A stretch of DNA of 64,000 nt from Lama glama (Eukaryota), in contig CM052818.1 in the NCBI GenBank assembly GCA_028534125.1, positions 24,182,001 to 24,246,000 on the forward strand, in the 5' to 3' direction. Below the pieces are notes generated by a model that did no database searches, had not been told where the DNA came from, and saw nothing but the letters and a program-made list of their open reading frames with translations. Both the position numbers and the translations under genes were made by a program. Position 1 is the stretch's first letter. Every line of letters begins with the position of its first letter. Positions 13,100-25,999 of the stretch are shown here, piece after piece.

Positions 13100-14259
13100 G
13101 TCATTCAACATACACAAATCAATCAATGTGATTACACCACATCAACAAAAGAAAGGACAAAAACCACACAATCATCTCAATAGATGCAGAAAAGGCATTT
13201 GATAAAATTCAACACCCATTTATGATAAAAGCTCTTACCAAAGTGGGTACAGAGGGAACATATCTCAACATAATAAAAGCTGTTTATGACAAACCCACGG
13301 CCAGCATAGTACTCAATGGTAAAAATCTGAAAGCCTTCCCACTAAAATGGAATGAACAAGGATGCCCACTTTCACCACTTTAATTCAACATAGTCTTGGA
13401 AGCCCTAGCCACAGCACTCAGGCAAGAAAAAGCGATAAAAGAGATCCAAATTGGAAGAGAAGAGGTAAAACTGTCACTATATGTTGACGACATGATACTA
13501 TATACAGAAAACCCTAAAAGCTCCACACAAAAACTATTAAAGCTGATAAAAGAATTTGGTAAGGTAGCAGGATACAAGATTAACATACAAAAATCAGTTG
13601 CATTTCTTTACACTAACAATGAATTATTAGGAAAAGAAAGTAAAGAAACAATCTCTTTAAAATCAGATCCAAAATAATAAAATACTTAGGAATAAATCTG
13701 ACCAAGGAGGTGAAAGATTTATACATGGAGAACTATAAAACATTGATTAAGGAAATTAAAGATGACTTAAAGAAACAGAAAGATATCCCATGCCCTTGGA
13801 TTGGAAGAATCAATATCATTAAAATGGATATAATGCCCAAGGCAATCTACAGATTTAATGCAATCCCTATCAAATTACCCAGGACATTTTTCACAGAACT
13901 AGAACCAACAACCCTAAAATTTATATGGAGTCACAAAAGATCCAGAAGTGAGCAATACTGAAGAAAAAGAACAAAGCTGGAGGAATAACTTTCCCAGACT
14001 TCAGACAATACTACAGAGCTATAATAATCAAAACAGCATGGTATTGGCATAAAAACAGATATATGGATCAATGGAACAGAATAGAGAGCCCAGAAATAAA
14101 CTCACAGACCTATGGTCAACTAATCTTAAACAAAGGAGGCAAGAATGTACAATGGAGTAAAGACAGTCTCTTCAGGAAATGGTGTTGGGAAAACTGGATA
14201 GCAGCATGTAAATCAATGAAGCTAGAACACTCCCTCACTCCATACACAAAAATAAACTC
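13100..14259 (+). pseudogene. L1 ORF2 reverse transcriptase remnant (frameshifted, with stops)
   Basis: Peptides [82 protein letters not shown]. Confidence 0.92.
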
Positions 14260-14759
14260 NNNNNNNNNNNNNNNNNNNNNNNNNNNNNNNNNNNNNNNNN
14301 NNNNNNNNNNNNNNNNNNNNNNNNNNNNNNNNNNNNNNNNNNNNNNNNNNNNNNNNNNNNNNNNNNNNNNNNNNNNNNNNNNNNNNNNNNNNNNNNNNNN
14401 NNNNNNNNNNNNNNNNNNNNNNNNNNNNNNNNNNNNNNNNNNNNNNNNNNNNNNNNNNNNNNNNNNNNNNNNNNNNNNNNNNNNNNNNNNNNNNNNNNNN
14501 NNNNNNNNNNNNNNNNNNNNNNNNNNNNNNNNNNNNNNNNNNNNNNNNNNNNNNNNNNNNNNNNNNNNNNNNNNNNNNNNNNNNNNNNNNNNNNNNNNNN
14601 NNNNNNNNNNNNNNNNNNNNNNNNNNNNNNNNNNNNNNNNNNNNNNNNNNNNNNNNNNNNNNNNNNNNNNNNNNNNNNNNNNNNNNNNNNNNNNNNNNNN
14701 NNNNNNNNNNNNNNNNNNNNNNNNNNNNNNNNNNNNNNNNNNNNNNNNNNNNNNNNNNN
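14260..14759. other. Assembly gap (500 N)
   Basis: Run of N. Confidence 1.
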
Positions 14760-16599
14760 TGAAATAATGCCATTTGCAGCAACACAGATGGACCTAGAGA
14801 TGGTCATTCTAAGTGAAGTAAGCCAGAAAGAGAAAGAAAAATACCATATAATGTCACTCATATATGGAATCTAAAAGTAAAGGTAAAAAAGGGCACCATG
14901 AACTCATCCACAAAACAGAAACACACTTACAGACATAGTAAACAATCTCATGGTTACTGAGGAAGGAGGGTGGGAAGCTATAAATTTAGGCATTTGAGAT
15001 TTGCAAATGTTAGCCACTATATAAAAATAGATTTTTTTTTAAAGTTTCTTCTGTATAGCACAGGGAACTATATTCAATATCTTGTAATAACCTTCAATGA
15101 AAAAGAATATAAAAATGAATATATGTATGCATATGCATGACTGGGACATTGTGCTATATGTCAGAAATTGACACATAGTAACTGACAGTACTTCAATGTA
15201 AAAAAATTACAACATATTTTAAACTAAATAAATTTTTTTTTAATTTAAAATTAAAAAAATTTTTTACATTAGTTATCCAGGTATATACTGTCAGAAAAAA
15301 AAATCTGTAGTCTTCATGTTCATATTTGATATCATCTCAATAAGAATATAATCAAAGCCACTCTGAATTAAATTTGGATCATTACAATGTCAATAAATGG
15401 GTTTTAAAAGTGTAGCTATGATTTCTAAATCCCAGGATATGGATACAATTACAGGGCGATTTGACACAAATCGATTTAAGTTAAATTTATAAATGCAAAT
15501 ACATTCAGATTTACACTTAATACTTTGTTCTTCTCTGAAACTCTCTTGCTTGACTTGAATATTCTATTGATTTGCAGTCTCAGAATTTATTAGCACACTA
15601 TAAAAAGGCTTTAATTTCTAAAACATCACTGTTTATTCTAGAAAACCTGTACGTGCTGTATCACATGAAATTTTAATTGAGACATATATTGTGTTATAAA
15701 TGATGTTGCCTGGCATTTCTATTTGCTTACATAACAACATCTCAATTGACTATACTCATTCATTGTTAATTAGCTTCTTACCAAAGGGTATTGGCAGAGT
15801 TTCCATCATCTTCCTAGCAAATAAAATAATGGAATCTAAGGAATCTTAAGAGACTCTGAAGTGTCTACCTTATTCCCAGAACTGTTACTTCATTATTTAA
15901 GCATAAAATTAGCCTATTTTTAGTTGCTGGGTCATCCCCTTAAAATCAATGGGAAATGTGCCAACACGCAAAGGGAGAATTGCTCCTGCATCATCAGCAG
16001 GAGAGAGACCCACGGTAATAACACAATCCAGGCCAGAAGCTACGTGTAAACACTCAAGCTTTCTAGAAAACGTGTTTGAGAAAGTCTCCTTATTTTCTTC
16101 CATAGGATAGTTTTTAAAATGGATCAGAGATTTGTAAGGACTTTAATTGTAATCCTTAGCAATCTCCCTCTTGCCTTTAACAATCGCAAAATTACCTGCA
16201 AATTTAGTCTGACATCTCATAAAGGCTGGTTATTTTAACTTTAATTTTGAGGACATTGGTAATATTCCATAAGTTTCTTTAGTTTCACAGTCCCCAAAAC
16301 ATGAATTCCAGATTTTTCGTTTGGTACCTGCAATGTCTTTCCAGAGCTGTAATGGATACCTTCACGTTCCAGGCTTGAAGCAGTAGGAAAAACACACCAA
16401 GTCTTTGAATTCTAATTCTTATTGGAGGGCTGGACCTGATGTTAACAATTTAAGAGACTGACTGAATTGTTGTTTTGACTGCTAATAAAAACATGAGCTT
16501 CTCTGCATATTATTAAATAATTTTGAAAGTGTTCTTTTAGTTGCTTCAAAATATGGTATATAGATATTTTGGTATTTATTTCATCATTTCCTTTTTACT

Positions 16600-18300
16600 G
16601 GGGAATGAGATCATTTCTAATTTAGAATATTACTTTAAAAATTGTCATGAAGATCTCTGTTACTTAAATATATATCAGCATATCTAGTTGATGATTTCTT
16701 TAGAATAAATTCCTAGAAGAAATGAATTTACTCAAAATGTATGAATATTTAAAAGACTCAATAAAATTATAACTTTCTTTCTGGAAAGTTTAAACTCACT
16801 TAAAATCCCACAAGTAATATACAAGATTATTTTACCCTACTTTCAACAATCCTAGGCTTATATTTATTAATTTTATGAGCCAAAAAATGGGAAGAGGGTG
16901 CTATATTGTTTTAATTTTAATTATTGGTTATGTGTTATATTGAACATATTACATGTTTATTTTTTCATATGAATTGTCTGTTTGCATCTTTTGCCAAGTT
17001 TTATGTAAGATTATTTGTGATTTTCATCTCACCTTTGAAGGCTCTTTGTTTTCTAAGGGTGTTGAATCTCCACTAAATTCTGCAAACATTCTCCCAGTAT
17101 ACTGTCTTTATGTTCAGTTGTTTTAGCTATGTAAATGTTTTATGTGTATCACAGATTATATTTTACATATACTGATTTACTGCACTATTTATCTTTATTT
17201 TAAATTTGCTATTATTTTACTAACAATTTATGTTTATTCTTCTCATATTCACATATATTTATTTTATTTAGTTTAGGTATATTATATTTGTATATGCTAT
17301 TTGTTTGTCTATTATATTTTATGTGTATCATATTTGATGTATATTTTATGTAATGTAATTTTGTTAGGTAATAAGCTATACATTTTTCCTTTACTACTTC
17401 ATTAACTGAGAAATTTCCTGAATGTAAGATCATTATTCCCATTCTCTTCTAGATTATTATTTTCTTAAAAATAAAGACTTTACTAACTCTGACATTTAGT
17501 TTGTTATATACAGTGAAGGAATCATACTTATGCAAAGTTATTCCCTAAAATAATCAATTAGTTATTTCAATTCCACTTTCTTTTTCACATTTTTCAGATT
17601 CTATTTTAACATATAGTCAATTTTTACAATATTATTTTTATTAACTGAACATTCATTTTGTTGTAATATGTAAGGTCCACTTTATCTCATTAAACTTTTT
17701 GTCAAAAAAGTATTTCTTCTGTTTTCGCCCTTTATTTCTCTCAGATGAATTGTAGAATACTCTGTGAAGTTCCACCAAACAAACCAAGCAATCATCCAAA
17801 TATCTACTGAATTTCTAAAGCTATAATAACTTATGACTTATTATAATAATTTATTATAGCCTACTGCTGTCTCCTGTATTGTTACTGTGCTTTTTGTATT
17901 ATAGTAAGGTATATTTACTATTCTTGTCTTCTTTTGAATTCGGAAAATATTTCAACAGTTTTCATCATATATATCAAATACGTATCTTTTCAAAGCCTTT
18001 CTAATTATATTTGATGATTACTGTTACTAGAAATGCATTGTGTTTTTAATATGCTTCAATTTTCTAAAATTATATTATGGATAAAAGAAAGTTATAAGAT
18101 TTACATAAAAGAAATCAAAATAAAGCAACACAAGTCTTTTTCAATTTTATCTAAAATTGATTCTCTTTTTCTAAGTTGATAATCATACCAACAGCAAGAG
18201 ATTAAAAAATTTCTTTTCATAATTTTAGAGGCTATATTTTTATGCTTAGAAATACTGCAATGTTGGTGAAATGCGTAATTTTTGAATTTACTTTTATTTG
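16600..18300 (-). mobile_element. Highly decayed antisense L1 (L1ME-like) patches
   Basis: 'ttctttagaataaattcctagaag', 'tgaattgtctgtttgcatcttttgcc', 'gatgaattgtagaatactctgtgaagttcc' occur in L1 antisense order; boundaries are approximate. Confidence 0.55.
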
Positions 18301-18816
18301 AAATGAATTCTCTACCAGATACTCATTTGAAAACTGTTCTAATTTGTTTTATAGATGGCATTTAAATTTCAGTTAGCAATTAAATTTATTATTATATAAA
18401 CATACTGTGTTTATATAATAATTGAAAGTATAAAGAGCTTATGTGTGAGGGAACTGGAAAAGTAAAAACATAACTCTATCATTTCCTTCACTTTAATCAA
18501 GCATTACTTGTTATAAATAGAAATATATACATTTTCACACTTTCATTTTGTTACAAGAATATTCTATCACGTTCTGAAGAACTACAATTCACCATTAAGT
18601 TACTGAGGCTTGCTTTGTTTTTATGTTCTCAGTGTAATAATGTGTCTTATTTTCTTTCCCTTGAGGAGAGTTGTGAGCTTATTAATCTATAATCTTCCAA
18701 TTGTTTTGAAATTACCTTGGAGATATGCATGTGGAGGGCATTACAAAAGATTCCCAGGTAAGAAATCCAAAGTATTTGAATAAATTCATGTATGTACATA
18801 TACAAGGTGAAGTAAG

Positions 18817-19005
18817 TAAGGTTGCTAGGTAAAATATAGGAAGCCCAGTTAAATTTAAATTTCTGATAAGTAATTTTTTAGTACATGACCCATACACTAC
18901 TTGGAACATACTGATACAAAAAAATTACAAGTTGATTTTCTAAAATTCAAATTTATAGGGTGTCCTACACACACACACATACACACACACAATCTAGCAC
19001 TCCTA
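18817..19005. mobile_element. MER53-like palindromic hAT MITE containing a (CA)n
   Basis: 'taaggttgctaggtaaaatataggaagcccagttaaatttaaatttctgataa'...'aaattcaaatttatagggtgtcct'...'aatctagcactccta'; degenerate terminal inverted repeats. Confidence 0.8.
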
Positions 19006-19218
19006 GCAGACAAAGCTTTATTTTACTACTTGATTTAGAAATACTTTCTATTATATTTCTCTAATATTTGTTTCCTCTCTATAAAAATTAATGTACAACA
19101 AATTTATACCTGTCCATAAAGGAATAGATTAAATAAGCATTCTAATTTATAGTAATTCTGTTTATACTTTTGCTTTAAACACTAATCATTTAAAGATGTA
19201 ATTAAGACCTCAGTTTAA

Positions 19219-19312
19219 TTATTGTTTTTTTTTAATGGAGGTCCTGGGGATTGAACCCAGGACATCATACATGCTAAGCATGTGCTCTACCACTGAATTA
19301 CACCCTTCCTCC
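19219..19312 (-). mobile_element. tRNA-Ala-derived SINE (Vic-1-like) with TSD
   Basis: Same family as 8621-8702; 15-bp TSD aagacctca(g/a)tttaa at 19204-19218 and 19313-19327. Confidence 0.88.
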
Positions 19313-20084
19313 AAGACCTCAATTTAAAATTTAGCTCATGTAAGTATTTAGGAATCTTGGATTTATAAATTAAAATACAAAACTAGTAAAATGTAATTAC
19401 AATTGTAAAGTACAAATATCATTTTATTTAGTAACAGAGAAAAGGAAATAGAAACTTGAAGTGAAAAGAAATTTACTTTGAATTGAAGCATCAACACAAG
19501 GAATAATTTTGCAAAGTATTCTTTTCTACTGCAAACATTCTTTTATTTAACTGTAACATGTACAAAAAGAAATATAACTTCCAGAGTCTTATGCCTTTGT
19601 TCAGGAATAGTAACTATTGCCCCAAATCTCTATCATTTGAGCAATTCTTTTTTTAGGCAGACTATGAAATATCATGCGTGATTTGTTATTTTTCTTTTTT
19701 TAATAAATAGTACTTGAAAGTAGTTTCTCAGATATTTGAATTATCTTACAACTTTGGACATATCTACCACAGTTATTGATTATTTTGATATGAAAACATT
19801 CCTTTGGCACATATGGAGTAAAAAATAAAGACCCATTTACACATGTTAATTAAATAGCACTAATATTTTTCAAAAATATTACACTGTTATAAAAAGTACC
19901 AAATGATTTTTTCCAGATTTTATTTATAATTAAATCTTTATTTAACATTATTTTTTCTCTTTTTGTAATACACATTGGATGCTTTGCTGATTTTCAGTAA
20001 TTTTAAATAGATTATAAAATCAGGCCATCTCCATAAAAATTTTAGAAGATGATGATGATGATGGTAACTAACCTTCAATTAGTT

Positions 20085-20250
20085 GCTCATTTATTTAACC
20101 CTCACAACTCCAGGAGATTTGTGTTGTTATATCTCCAATTCTACAAATGAGGAAACTGAGGCAGTTTAAACAGTTTAAGTAACTACTGAACTTCTCAAAG
20201 TTAGTATGAGGCAGAGCACAATAAAAGGCCCAGAAAGCTGGGCTCCAGAC
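20085..20250 (-). mobile_element. MIR SINE
   Basis: 'ctcatttatttaaccctcacaac...attctacaaatgaggaaactgaggca' MIR core. Confidence 0.8.
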
Positions 20251-20599
20251 ATTTCCCTTATCTTTTGAATAAGAATCAGTACAATTTTGAAGGTAAACAG
20301 ATGCATTAAAAGGAATAAAACTGTTCAATGGTTTACGTGTTTTTGATAGAAAAACAGTTTTATTATGTTGTTAGATATAAAATGATATCTTCAATAATTT
20401 TCACAGATAAAATTCTTTCTAAAAATAAAAATAACATATATATCATAAAAGTAATACGTATTAATATAAATAGCAAATATAATACAATGTTATCTATATT
20501 AATCAAAAATACATTTTAAAAATATATAAGAAGACTAATCCTGTCACTGAATCACAGTTCCTCTAAATCAATTTTTTAGCTGTATCTCCTGTACATTAT

Positions 20600-21950
20600 A
20601 ACATTGGGACTTTTTCCTAAAACACATATTTTTAGTATTGTTTTGCTATTTTTAACTTTTCATAAAGTTGGTACAATCTTTCTAATGACTCATTTTATAG
20701 TTAATGAATTTGAAATTGTCGACATCCTCAACTGACTCCTCTCTGAACAGTGTAACAGTATTTATTGCAAATACACTCACTGCGGGTGCTGAGATACCTG
20801 GTAATCTCAGAGCAAATTGTGCCAAAAAAGGAATATCCTCAATTCAGTTTTTAATGAAATTCATAAAATTTTTAGCTCAAGTATGGACACATGTAGTATC
20901 ACTTACCTCCATTCAAAGTAGTTTTGACAGGTATATTTACAAGTCAAAACTCATCAAATGAATATTTAGCAAAATTTAGGTGCCACAATATCAAAGGTCT
21001 TCTCTGAATAGACAAGACCCAATGAAAACTATGAGCTCCCTTCATACATTTTCCCCAAAGTCAAGATATAACACAGAGAGCAATTTTAATATTAAATTTT
21101 ATACACTGCTTTCTGTGTTTAGTTTGTTCCATTTCTCCTTATTTTTGTACGGATATATTTCAATATGTTCTTGTGTGCTTTATTTTCAAAAACTGCAATT
21201 CACTAAAGCTTCAAAAGTTGAACATTTTTGGCACTCTATTCATTGAATCCTTCAGTTTAAGATTTCCAAAATTTCAAAACAAATGCAACCAAAATTTAGA
21301 AGTGTCATTTTCAAAAATTAGCAATTACACCTAAACAGTTGTCAAATATTTCACCTTTTTTAATTAAATGAAGTTCCAAAGCATCACTTGGATTTTATAA
21401 ATTGGATTAAAAATTAAATTATTTTTGAAATTAATTTATTTTCCCTTTGGAATTAGATGACACTGATATAATACTGACATTGTTTAACACTGCCAAGTTT
21501 TTCTGCTAATGGAACTAATATGCTAACACTTTTCAAACATGCACAAGAAAACTTGACATTAGAATTTAATGAAATTAATTTTAAAATTCTTTGATCTAAA
21601 TGAAAAATGATACTGTGATATGAAAATGCACCTCCTTCAGCTCCATGTGTAAAATTACTGTCTTGGTAAGTCCCCTTAAAACAATGGTTAACTTTGGAAA
21701 TGCTTAATTCAACAAATTTGTTTCTTGTTTGTTATGTGTCCAGTGACATCACCACAGCCCTCATGAAGAATGGTAAACGTTGACAAATAATTTGTTCAAT
21801 TTACTATTAATCAACTACCATTAGCAATGCAAATGTAGCACTTATTTTTTTTTAATTTCACAAGCATTTTCATTTTTTGAGCTCATTGCTGCTTTAAATA
21901 GTATCCTTTAAAAAGAAAAAAGCAAATATTGTAATTTTACATGACAAAAA
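20600..21950 (-). mobile_element. Decayed hAT DNA transposon (Blackjack-like) transposase remnant
   Basis: Minus-strand peptides in transposase order: LSTFTILHEGCGDVTGH (~21790-21735), AEG (~21641), KFSCA (~21550), SKFWLH (21300-21283), LAQFALRLPGISAP (~20825-20785, hAT C-terminal dimerisation-like). Many stops and frameshifts; TIRs not resolved. Confidence 0.7.
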
Positions 21951-22491
21951 TACTATATTTCAAACTGTTCTCTATAAATGCCATGGTGAACTATTCAGTC
22001 TCTGTTTCCTATACATATTCACATATAAATGGCTTGTAAGTTCCCCTATTTTCCACTGGCCCTACTAACTGGTTGCCTGGAGGCCTCGTGCATCTTGAAA
22101 GACACAGGCCTCAGGACAACTGGCTTTGGCACAAAGTGGATGGCAGAAACAGCAGCACTGGGTACTTTTTTCCATTATGAAATGAAAACAGAAAGACAAA
22201 CCGCTCCCTAGCTTTTCCTGTCAACATACACTTTGGCTTATCAACGAGTCTCTACTGGCTAATACCAAGAAGAGACATGTTTAATTAATTCTATAAAGGT
22301 TTGGGAGTAGGAGGGATGGGTTATTACTAGTCTTCTTTAAGATTTAATAATCTGTTAAAGTTAAAAATTCTATTTACTATCCAAGCATATCAAACACTAT
22401 TAGATGGAGCGATGACAGAGGCTAGAAGTACAAAGCCAAAGAGTAATAAATTCATTCTGACTTATTTTACTGTAACTCCTGATAACTTACT

Positions 22492-22970
22492 TTTTTTAAT
22501 ATATACAAACATCTTTTTCATATTCTTTTCTATTATATGTTAAGAAATTGAATACAGTTCCCTGTGCTATACAGTAAGTCCTTGTTGTTTATCTATCTTA
22601 TATATAGTAGTGTTTATCTGTTAATCCCAAACTCCTAATTTATCCCTCCCCCAACCGTTTCCCCTTTGGTAACCATAGCTTGTTTTCTATGTCCGTGAAT
22701 CTATTTTTGGTTTGTAATAATATTTGTATTTTTTTTAGATTCCACATAAAAGTGATATCATACGATATTTGTCTTTCTGTGTCTGACTTACTTCACTTAA
22801 TATGATAATCGCTAGGTCCATCCATGTTGCTGCAAATGGCATTACTTCTTTCTTTGTTATGCCTGAGTAGTAGTCCATTGTATATATATACCACAGCTTC
22901 TTTATCCCAGTCATCTGTCAATTGACATTTAGGTTGTTTCCATGTCTTTGCTATTGTAAATAGTGCTGCT
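22492..22970 (-). mobile_element. 5'-truncated L1 3' fragment, antisense, with TSD
   Basis: 'ccatccatgttgctgcaaatggcattacttc', 'ttccctgtgctatacagtaagtccttgttg'; TSD ataacttact at 22482-22491 and 22971-22980. Confidence 0.9.
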
Positions 22971-23130
22971 ATAACTTACTATTTTCTAAATGTGATAAAT
23001 GCAAAAAAATAGAATGCTGGGGAGAAGGAGTAGGGGAAAAAACTAGAACTACTGTATACAAAACAAGATGTATGACCTTTCTAGCTTATAACTAGTATGC
23101 TGCACCATTTGGTGAAGCAAAATAAAAAAA

Positions 23131-23163
23131 ATTATTATTATTAATAATAATAATAATAATAAT
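23131..23163. repeat. (ATT)n/(AAT)n microsatellite
   Basis: attattattattaataataataataataataat. Confidence 0.85.
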
Positions 23164-24144
23164 GCTTCTCTCACCCTTTGAAGCCAAGAAATACTTAATC
23201 CCAAATTCTTTGAATATCTGGAAATGTATGTAGAAATTTATACTGGCCCCTGGGGTGGAGTTTCAACATTCTTCCTAGAAGTTTTATCTTTTCTTTCCCA
23301 AGAATGGGTCAAATCATCCCATCTCTGTACTCCAAGGCACTATTCTTTACAGTGTCTAAATAATGACAATTTCTTGGCCATTATGCTAAACCTGAAGACA
23401 TCATGTCAGATACCAAGTTGATAGATACATGATGTGGTTCTTTGAACTATTTTTCTCTCCATACATTAGGAGAAGAGTTGAGTGATCTGGAGCACATAGC
23501 TTAAATGGTAAGATACTGGGAGGTGGTAGGGGGCGGACTCTAGTATCTTTCTCACTTAAGACACTAATCTTTTTCACCTAAGATGTTTTCTCTAAAAAGA
23601 CTAGAAACCTGACAATAGCCCACTCCTCCCCTCAAGCCCAACCCTCTCTGACCTGATTCTTTCCTTCAGTGCTCCTTGTTAGTGCATTTGTTCACCTGTC
23701 TTCTCATTACGGAATAGTGAGATCTAAGCTCCAGCTCTGATGTGGAAGTACCTAAACTGACCTTTGAGACTGTTTTACTTCTAGCCATTCAGTATGATCT
23801 GACTTTGGTAATGGCATCCTGCATCTCCATGGTGTCCAGCCAAGCTCCCTATGTCCTCTCTGCAGAAGTGGGGCAAAAATCCCATCTTGTCCTTAAGTAT
23901 GTCTTTGTCTCTTTTCCTTCCTTAGAGACATTATGACTAGAGCAGATTGATCAACAGCAGAATACAAATATTTCCATGTCTCCTGGCCAAATATTTTTTT
24001 TCTAGCCATCAACATTCTCAGTACGTTATAGAGAAAATATAATTTTGACATTCACCAGGTGAATAGACTTTACATATCATCAAAGGTCAATAGTCGAAAT
24101 TCCTCAATAGAGAGTTCAAGCTTCTCATGATCCAAATCTGCCCT

Positions 24145-24469
24145 GTACCCTTCAACATAGTGGCCTTTAACCTCATGGGGCTATTAATCACCTGAAATGT
24201 GGTTGGTTCAATTTGAGATGCACTATAAAATGTGACATATATAATGGATTTTGAAGACTTCATATTTTTTAAAAGATAAAATATCTCTATATGAATTACA
24301 GGTTGAAATGGTAATAGTTTAGATATACTTCATACTTTAGATATACTACCATATTTCAGTAAAATATGTTATCAAATCCATTTCACTTATTTCTTTTTAT
24401 TTTTAAGCTAGCTACTAGAAAATGTAGTTACATATGTAGCTAACATCTTATTTCTATTGGACAGCACTG
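24145..24469. mobile_element. MER33-like hAT-Charlie MITE
   Basis: 'cacctgaaatgtgg...ggattttgaagactt...tttcacttatttctttt...gctactagaaaat...tttctattggacagcactg'. Confidence 0.75.
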
Positions 24470-25084
24470 GTCTATACCTTGTCTCTCAGCCTGAAGCCTT
24501 ATTCTTTTTATTCTCCTAGCTTCAGATTTTTGCTTCAGCACTTTGGAAATAGTGTTCTGAATGTATCATATTGCCTGGGCAACCATGCTTTACTAATGTA
24601 CTTCCTCTCCAACTTCTACCCCACAATATTCTATAGAACAAATATAATTCTGACAGTCAGTTGATTAATGGCTAAAAAACATAATTTGCAGGTCATTCTT
24701 TTGCAAAGCCATTTTTGTTTCCCAAGATAGTTAATTGTGCTAACCCTATTCCTTATGCCAATATTTAGCAGTGGACTTATGGCACTACACTGCAATGATT
24801 ATTTACATATGTGTCTATTTAGTTGCTTACAAACTCCTTGAGATCAAGGATCATAACATATACAACACAGTACATCATTTTCAATGAATGTTTCATGAAC
24901 TGAATCAAATGGTATCTTTCCATATCCTGTTGTTAATTTGGATTAATTAATTAGTATATGTTTTATCAACATTACATAGAAATAAAGTGATATTAGGAAG
25001 TTATTGATTCAGAAGTAACTAACATAATTTAAAAAATAATTTAGAGACTGGTTATCAATAATTACATACTCAACAGGAACGCTA

Positions 25085-25915
25085 CAGTAGTCCCCTAACT
25101 GGCTCAGGATATATTCCAAGACACATGGTAGATGCCTGAAACCATAGACAGTACCAAACCCTACATATTCCACATTTTTTCCTATATACACATATCTATG
25201 ATAAAGTTTAACTTATAACTTAGGCACAATAAGAGATTAACAACAATAACTAATATAAAAATAACAATAGTGATAAAAATTACTTGAATGCAGTCTCTCA
25301 CAAAATACCTTATCGTACAAATTTAATGCCTTTTCCTTCTTAACTAAGCACTTATGCACTGTGGCCATAACTTTTTCAGTTTGAGGGCTGACAGCAAAAC
25401 TAGCACAAATTTTTTTTTCCTTCTTCACAATTGAGCACGGATAGGCAATTCATTGTTATCATAAGTCTTAGCAACCTCAGAATATGATTTTTTCTTTCCT
25501 TATTAAAATTGAGAATATTCACCTTTTCACATAAAGGAAGCACTTTGTGGCTTCTTTTTGGTATATCTACATTGCCAGCATCACTACTCTGGTGCTTTGG
25601 GCCCATTATTAAGTAAAATAAGGGTGTCGTGAACTCGAGTGCTGTGATACCACGAGTCTTCCTGATACCAGGTAACCAGGATGGCTACTAAGTGGCTGAT
25701 GGGCAGGGATAAGTTGAACAAATGGATGTTGCACATCCCAGGCAGGATGGAGCCAGACAGTGTGAGATTTCACCATCCTACTCAGAATGATGGGCAATTG
25801 AAAACTTATGAATTGTTTATTTCTGGAATTTTCCATGTAGTATTTTCAGACTGCAGTGACCTCAGGTAACTAAAACCCCAGCAAGCAAAACTGCAGATAA
25901 AGGGGATGGACTATG
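25085..25915. mobile_element. MER44-like (Tigger7-derived) non-autonomous element
   Basis: TA then TIR 'cagtagtcccc', 'ttccaagac...gatgcctgaaacc...gtaccaaaccct', 'tgggcaattgaaaacttatgaattgtttatttctggaattttcca', degenerate end 'gataaagggga..gacta'. Confidence 0.85.
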
Positions 25916-25999
25916 ATAGTTGGATTTGTATGAAAAGCAAAATTATTTTACATAAAAGCAAAAAAGAAACTTTCAGAAAGTTAATAATTGGTAATAATC

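Larger units (their letters stand above)
11148..15304 (+). mobile_element. Young 5'-intact L1 with a large internal deletion; spans an assembly gap
   Basis: G-run start and YY1 motif 'ggccaagatggc', ~1.7 kb GC/CpG-rich 5'UTR, ORF1 N-terminus, ORF2 RT remnant (YVDDMILY), 3'UTR and A tail. Continuity across the N gap is assumed. Confidence 0.85.

Noticed and set aside
14063..14861. Long ORFs of 187-234 aa
   Set aside because: Artefacts of translating through the 500-N gap
15909..16103. 64-aa minus-strand ORF in unique sequence
   Set aside because: No recognisable homology or supporting gene structure
20907..21003. Minus-strand exon with a perfect donor GAG|gtaagt
   Set aside because: Stops in all three frames and it lies inside the hAT fossil
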